Part shown: positions 58,693 to 64,000 of the stretch, piece by piece
Layout: every line of letters starts with the position of its first letter
Position numbering within the stretch: the first letter of the stretch is position 1
Assembly (NCBI GenBank): GCA_964534795.1
Contig: CAZHQK010000022.1
Span: 384 to 64,383 of the forward strand
Source: an uncultured Acidobacteriota bacterium
Lineage (GTDB): Bacteria > Acidobacteriota > UBA6911
DNA: 64,000 nucleotides
Reading direction: 5' to 3'
Made by a program: the position numbers and the translations under genes
The notes under the pieces: model-generated
Told to the model about the DNA's origin: nothing
Database searches by the model: none
What the model saw: the letters and a program-made list of their open reading frames with translations, nothing else

Positions 58693-61689
58693 ATGCGCGA
58701 GAGAAAATGGATCCCGTTGATCGCGATCTTCGCCGGCTTGCTCCTGCTGCCGGCGATGGCTGCGGCCCAGACCGCGGGCTCGGTCAACGGCAGAGTCTAT
58801 GACCCATCCAAGGCTGCGATACCGGGAGCCACCATCACGGCAGTGAATGTCGCCACCGGCGAAAGCCGGGTCGTGGCCAGCGATCAGTCCGGCTATTACA
58901 TATTTCCCTCGTTGCCGGTCGGCACCTATGACCTCTCGGCCGAGGCGCAGGGCTTCCGCAAGCAGGTGACCAGGGGCCTGGTGGTCAACGTCGCCGCCGC
59001 CCTCGTGGTCGACTTCAACCTGTCGCTGGGCGAGATGAGCCAGCTGATCGAGGTCGTCTCGGAGGCGCCGGTCATCGAAACCCGGAGCGCCGCCACCGGC
59101 GGCATCATGGAGAACCGCCAGCTCACCGAACTGCCGATCAACGGCAGGGACTACGCGCGCTTCAGCCTGCTGATCCCGGGCGCGCTGGCGCGCAGCAATT
59201 ACATCGCCGACCTCAGCTTCAACGGCCAGCACACGGTCCACAACCAGTTCTCGATCGACGGCATCGACGCCTCGCGCGTCGACCAGCCTTACATGGCCAA
59301 CGGATTCGAGCGCGGCGCGCGCCTGCTGACCGGGAGCCTCGACACGATCTCCGAGTTCCGCGTCCAGACCAATTCCTACGGCGCGCAGTACGGGCGCTCC
59401 GCGGGCAGCTTCGTCAATATCGCCAGCAAGAGCGGCACCAACGAGTTCCACGGCACGGCCTTCAACTTCTTCCGCAACGACCTGCTCGACGCGAAGAACT
59501 TCTTCGCCAAGAGCAAGCCGAAGTTCCGCTTCAACGACTTCGGCGGGAACATCGGCGGGCCGATACGCAAGGACAAGACCTTCTTCTTCGTCAACTACGA
59601 AGGCTCGCGCCAGCGCGTGGGCATCGTGGGCACGGGCACCGTTCCGAGCGCGGCGCTGCGCGCCCAGGTGCTCGCCAAGTCGCCGGCCATGAAGCCCATC
59701 CTCGACAACTACCCGCTCGGCACCTCGCCGACCTCCAATCCCCTGATCGACAGCTACACGACCTCGGCGGTCTCGCAGATCCGCGAGGATACCGGGAGCA
59801 TCCGCATCGACAACAACTTCAGCAGCAGCAACTCGATGTTCGTGCGCGTCAACGTCAACGACTCGCACGTCTTCGGGCCGCTGTTCGGCGTGATCGCGAG
59901 TGCCCTCGGCGTCAACGATTTCCAGAACGTTCCGGTGCGCACGAGCAACGTTGCCATCAACGACAACCACATCTTCAGCCCGCGGCTGATCAACCAGGTG
60001 CTCATCGGCATGCAGCGCTGGGGCAGCCGCATCATCTCCAACACGCCGATCCCGCAGACTTCGGTGACCGGCCTGACCGTCGTGCCCGGGGACCGCGGCT
60101 GGACGCTGAGCAACAACACGAGCTACCAGGCCGGGGACCACGTTTCCTACGTCCGGGGACGCCACAGCATCAAGTTCGGCGGCACCGTCTACCGGGTGTT
60201 CATCAACCGGCGCAGCCTGACGCGCACGGCGATGTCCTACACCTCGATCGATGACTTCATCAACAACAGCATCGCCACGGCCAGCGTGACCGTGGGCGAC
60301 CCGGGGCACTCGACGCGCGCCACTCAGGTCGGGCTCTATATCCAGGACACCTTCCAGGTCCGGCCGGGTCTGACGCTCGATTACGGGCTCCGCTGGGACG
60401 GCGCCACCCCGCCGCACGACGCCTATGACGCGACGCAGACTTTCGACACGCGTACGAATACGCTCGCTCCCCCGGGAACGCCGTACTTCAAAGCCAACTG
60501 GAGGAACTTCGCGCCGCGCTTCGCCTTCGCCTGGTCGGCCACGCAATCGCTGGTCGTGCGCGGCGGATTCGGCGTCTTCTACCAGGCCTATCCCGTAGGC
60601 TTCGGCGCCTACAGCGTGCCGCTCAACAACATCCCCGGCAATACCACGCTGTTGAGGCAGACGATTCCCGACCTGTCCTATCCCTTCGACCGCTTCGTCG
60701 GCCAGGGGACCAGGCCCCTGCCGACGGTCGCAGGCTTCGCCTGGGAGAAGCCCGATATCTACTCGAACCAGTGGAACCTGAGCGTGGGCTACCAGATGAC
60801 CGAGAGCACCGGCATACTGGCGGCTTACGTCGGGAACCACGGCCTCAATCTGCGGCGCAACATGAACATCAACTTCTTCGAGCCGGCGCTCGGCAAGCGG
60901 CCCATCGACGGCTTCGCCGACGTCAACATCGAGACCGCGACCGGCCAGAACATCTACCACGGCGCCCAGTTCTCCTTCATCCGGCGCTTCGCCCGGGGGG
61001 TCTCCTACAACATCCAATACACGCTGGCGCACGCCATCGACGACGTGCAGGACCAAGGCCTGTACTCCGCGCAGCCTCAGGACAACCGCAACTGGAAGGC
61101 CGAGCGCGGCAACAGCTCCGGCGACATCCGGCAGAACCTGGCGTTCAACGTGCTCTACGACCTGCCGTTCGGCCAGGGGCGCCGCTTCGCCTCGTCGGCC
61201 AACAAGTACGTGAACCACGTGATCGGCGGCTGGCAGATCGCGGCCTTGGGGATCGTCCGTTCGGGGATCGCCAACACGGTCTACATCGGCACGAACACGT
61301 ACGGCAACGGCAACCTGACCAACCAGCGGCCCAACTGGAAGGGCGGCGCGCCGCTTTACCCGGAAAAGCAGACCGTCGACAAGTTCCTGAATTCCGAGCC
61401 TTACGAGATGCCGGCGAAAGGAACCTTCGGCAACCTGGGCCGCAACACCGTCAGGGGGCCGGGATTCGCCCAGATCGACGTTTCATTCCTGAAGGTCTTC
61501 AAACTGGGCGAAGGCAAGAACCTGCAGTACCGCTGCGAGATCTTCAACCTGCCCAACCACCCCAACTTCGACCAGCCCAACACGACGTTCGGGACGGCGA
61601 ATTTCGGCAAGATCTTCAACACCTTCGGGCGCACGATCGGGATCGGCACGTCGCGGCAGATCCAGATGGCGCTCAAGCTCAACTTCTAG
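58693..61689 (+). CDS. TonB-dependent receptor (carboxypeptidase regulatory-like N-domain, Acidobacteria type)
   Basis: G.V.DPS.A.IPGA, LPINGR, EF.VQT, KSGTN.FHG, N.FN..NH.NF, C-terminal RQIQMALKLNF. Confidence 0.93.
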   Translation: MRERKWIPLIAIFAGLLLLPAMAAAQTAGSVNGRVYDPSKAAIPGATITAVNVATGESRVVASDQSGYYIFPSLPVGTYDLSAEAQGFRKQVTRGLVVNVAAALVVDFNLSLGEMSQLIEVVSEAPVIETRSAATGGIMENRQLTELPINGRDYARFSLLIPGALARSNYIADLSFNGQHTVHNQFSIDGIDASRVDQPYMANGFERGARLLTGSLDTISEFRVQTNSYGAQYGRSAGSFVNIASKSGTNEFHGTAFNFFRNDLLDAKNFFAKSKPKFRFNDFGGNIGGPIRKDKTFFFVNYEGSRQRVGIVGTGTVPSAALRAQVLAKSPAMKPILDNYPLGTSPTSNPLIDSYTTSAVSQIREDTGSIRIDNNFSSSNSMFVRVNVNDSHVFGPLFGVIASALGVNDFQNVPVRTSNVAINDNHIFSPRLINQVLIGMQRWGSRIISNTPIPQTSVTGLTVVPGDRGWTLSNNTSYQAGDHVSYVRGRHSIKFGGTVYRVFINRRSLTRTAMSYTSIDDFINNSIATASVTVGDPGHSTRATQVGLYIQDTFQVRPGLTLDYGLRWDGATPPHDAYDATQTFDTRTNTLAPPGTPYFKANWRNFAPRFAFAWSATQSLVVRGGFGVFYQAYPVGFGAYSVPLNNIPGNTTLLRQTIPDLSYPFDRFVGQGTRPLPTVAGFAWEKPDIYSNQWNLSVGYQMTESTGILAAYVGNHGLNLRRNMNINFFEPALGKRPIDGFADVNIETATGQNIYHGAQFSFIRRFARGVSYNIQYTLAHAIDDVQDQGLYSAQPQDNRNWKAERGNSSGDIRQNLAFNVLYDLPFGQGRRFASSANKYVNHVIGGWQIAALGIVRSGIANTVYIGTNTYGNGNLTNQRPNWKGGAPLYPEKQTVDKFLNSEPYEMPAKGTFGNLGRNTVRGPGFAQIDVSFLKVFKLGEGKNLQYRCEIFNLPNHPNFDQPNTTFGTANFGKIFNTFGRTIGIGTSRQIQMALKLNF

Positions 61690-61698
61690 CCTTTCGGC

Positions 61699-61730
61699 GG
61701 GAGCCCCGGCATCCCGGGGCTCCCCGCTTG
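61699..61730 (+). terminator. Hairpin after TonB receptor gene
   Basis: 11-bp stem GGGAGCCCCGG/CCGGGGCTCCC, weak U tract. Confidence 0.5.
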
Positions 61731-62028
61731 TTGCAGGCAAACGAAGCCCTCGAACCGAGGCAGGCGCTTGCGTGCTCCGGGGGGAGATTGCGAGGAGCCG
61801 CTGCGCCCCGGCTCACCGGCCGGCGCGGGTCGGCGGTGCAGAACAAGCCCCCTCGGCTTGGACATGCGTTGCGCGCGACACGGATTGCGCCCGCTCCACG
61901 GTTGACCGACGCACGCGCCTTCGTTCTCGGCGCCGTTACCGTCAAAAATTCTGAAGGCTCGGGGAGCGCCTGATTTATGGTTGGCGCGGAATCCGCACGT
62001 CCGACGGACCGTCAACGCAGGAGGATAT

Positions 62029-62265
62029 ATGACCAGGAATGCAACCCGGAGAGAATCCGGAAAACCACCGGAGCTTATGCGTGGTCCGTTGTCTAAAGGA
62101 GGCTTCGTGACCGTGGATTCTTCCCGGCGACGACTCACGCGGCGCCGGTTCCTGGCCGCGTCCGCCGCGGCTCTCGCCGCTCCGGCAATCGGCGGGCGGG
62201 CCGGCTTCAGGCCTCCGGCGGAGCGAGCACGACCAGGGTGGCGCCGCGGTCCGGGGCGTCGCTGA
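62029..62265 (+). pseudogene. Orphan Tat signal-peptide remnant
   Basis: AGGAGG RBSs before ATG 62029 and GTG 62107; TRRRFLAASAAALAAP leader with no mature domain; runs into the convergent smr gene. Confidence 0.55.
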
Positions 62266-62476
62266 AGGAAATCACCCCGGGGTGGCGCTTCAGTATCGAG
62301 CGCACGATCTCGCGCTGCACGCCCGTGCCGCGGCCGTGGATGATGCGCACCCGGCGGAATCCGCGCAGGCGCGCCTGATAAAGATACTCCTCCACGAGGT
62401 CGGCCACCTCACGCGGCCGGAACGTATGCAGGTCGATCCAATCTTCGATCGGGACTCTTACGGGATCGTCTTCCAC
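62207..62476 (-). CDS. Smr/MutS2 domain protein
   Basis: IDLH.F, VRIIHGRGTG, GATLV. Confidence 0.9.
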   Translation of the reverse strand: MEDDPVRVPIEDWIDLHTFRPREVADLVEEYLYQARLRGFRRVRIIHGRGTGVQREIVRSILKRHPGVISFSDAPDRGATLVVLAPPEA

Positions 62477-62507
62477 CGGCCCGCCTCCGCGCGCGCTCGC
62501 AACCCCG

Positions 62508-63473
62508 TCAAATGCGCGTGCGCTCGTATTCGATGATGCCGGCCAGCATGGCGTCGAGGTTCCAGGTGTTGCGGTAGCCGACGAGCTTTCTCACCTTGGT
62601 CAGGTCCGGGACGCGGCGCTCCATGTCCTCGAAACCCTCCTCGTAGGCCTCCTCGATGGGGATATGGACCAGCGGGGAGGAGCTCCCGGTCAGCCTCTTG
62701 ATGCGCGCGGCGAGCTCGTTGATCGAGATCTCCTCGTCGCCGCCGATGTTGAAGATTTCACCCGCGGCCGCCGGCTCGTCGACCAGCGCCATGATTCCGC
62801 GCACCAGATCCTCGACATAGGTGAAAGTGCGCGTCTGGTTGCCGTCGCCGTAGATCGTGAGCGGCTGGCCGCGCAGCGCCTGGCCGACGAAGCGCGGCAC
62901 CACCATGCCGTAGCGCCCGGTCTGGCGCGGCCCGATGGTGTTGAAGAAGCGCCCGATGACCACCGGCAATTGCTTGTTGCGGAAGTAAGCGAGCGCCAGA
63001 AACTCGTCCATCGCCTTGGTGGCGGCGTAGCTCCAGCGCACCACGGCCGTCGAGCCGTAGATGCGGGCGTCATCCTCGGCGAGCGGCACCTTCGGATTCC
63101 TGCCGTAGACCTCCGAGGTCGAGGCGAGGAAGACCTTCTTGCGGAATTTGTTGGCCAGCTCGAGCACGATCTCCGTGCCGGCGATATTGGTGTGGATCGA
63201 CTTGAGCGGCTCGTCGATGATCAGCTTGACGCCGACCGCCGCCGCAAGATGGACGACGACGTCGCAGATGCCGGTGAGCTCGAGCAGGGTCTCGCGGTTC
63301 AGGATCGTGTCGTTGACGAAATGGAAGAGCGGGTTTCCGAGCAGATGCCCGATATTGTCCCGGCTGCCCGTCGAGAGATCGTCTATGACATAGACCTCTT
63401 CGCCGCGTCCGAGGTATGCCTCGGCAAGATGGGAGCCGATGAATCCAGCCCCTCCCGTGATCAGGACTTTCAC
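62508..63473 (-). CDS. NAD-dependent nucleotide-sugar epimerase/dehydratase
   Basis: ITGGAGFIGS, HLAAAVG, STSEVYG, Y...K, RFFNT.GPRQ; GGGAGG RBS. Confidence 0.93.
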   Translation of the reverse strand: MKVLITGGAGFIGSHLAEAYLGRGEEVYVIDDLSTGSRDNIGHLLGNPLFHFVNDTILNRETLLELTGICDVVVHLAAAVGVKLIIDEPLKSIHTNIAGTEIVLELANKFRKKVFLASTSEVYGRNPKVPLAEDDARIYGSTAVVRWSYAATKAMDEFLALAYFRNKQLPVVIGRFFNTIGPRQTGRYGMVVPRFVGQALRGQPLTIYGDGNQTRTFTYVEDLVRGIMALVDEPAAAGEIFNIGGDEEISINELAARIKRLTGSSSPLVHIPIEEAYEEGFEDMERRVPDLTKVRKLVGYRNTWNLDAMLAGIIEYERTRI

Positions 63474-63587
63474 CGCGTTCCTCCCGCGTCCGCGCCGCTC
63501 AGGCGCGGGCCCTGAGGATACCACGGGGCGAGACGACGCGACAGCGACAATCGCTCCGCTCGCAGGAGAAGGTGCCGCCGGCGAGCC

Positions 63588-64000
63588 TCAGTTATTCAAG
63601 AGGTACTGGAGCGCACCGATCATGAGCAGCTGGCACTCGGCGCTGCGCCCGATCCACATATTCCCCTCGGAGCATACGGGCCAGCCCCTTTCCTGTGCGA
63701 ACCCTGAGGATTCCAGCTCCTTGTATACGATGTACTCGGGCGCGAAGGCGAAATAGACGACCAGGCCCTTGGCCTGGCGCGTGGAAATGATCGCCGGCGA
63801 CGTGGCTTTCCATTCGGGATTCTCGATCTGCAGGAAGCCGAGAACATTCGGGTGCTGCTCCGGCCGCTGGACGAGAATGTTGCCCTCGCCGCCGTAATGC
63901 AGGATGTCGTCCGTCAGCTTTCCTTTGAGCAGGGCCGTGGGCCCTTCGTAACGGGTGATCCTCACGTCCACGCCCGGATCGATCCACCATGTGCTGAAGA
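63588..64000 (-). CDS. Hypothetical protein, 5' end outside window
   Basis: Protein-like frame ending ...LQYLLNN-stop. Confidence 0.6.
   Translation of the reverse strand, partial: FSTWWIDPGVDVRITRYEGPTALLKGKLTDDILHYGGEGNILVQRPEQHPNVLGFLQIENPEWKATSPAIISTRQAKGLVVYFAFAPEYIVYKELESSGFAQERGWPVCSEGNMWIGRSAECQLLMIGALQYLLNN

Noticed and set aside
58354-61218. 954-aa ORF opposite the TonB receptor
   Set aside because: Antisense shadow; its protein-like tail (58480-58600) is too short to call.
1-64000. tRNA, rRNA, prophage or cas genes
   Set aside because: None recognised by eye; tRNAscan-SE or Infernal would be needed to exclude small RNAs.

Overview
High-GC bacterial chromosomal window. The Acidobacteriota-type TonB-dependent receptor and the many secreted peptidases suggest an Acidobacteriota-like organism (inference). 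Most of it is housekeeping and catabolic genes: Mrp/ApbC, GT9, RNase HI, SthA, Xth, eukaryotic-type citrate synthase, PPi-type PFK, peptidases (M1 fragment, M14 x2, M16, M20, M24, M28 x2) and an Rrf2/hemerythrin/DUF438 redox-stress set. The most striking signals are non-coding or mobile. (1) An IS110 element (2774-4347) has a readable bridge RNA in its left end, with guide segments matching its own ends and its insertion site. It truncates an M1 peptidase, and its two flanks do not rejoin. (2) A REP-associated tyrosine transposase sits between perfect 34-bp inverted repeats that recur as a 97-bp miniature element and as a solo copy. (3) Two further dispersed repeat families and a heptamer-repeat hairpin are present. 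Other observations: a secreted 14-Cys protein with an apparent ACG start, a sigma54-driven small Cys/His protein, an RluA-FolK fusion and several deletion pseudogenes. No rRNA, tRNA or CRISPR array was recognised. All family assignments come from motif recognition, not database searches.
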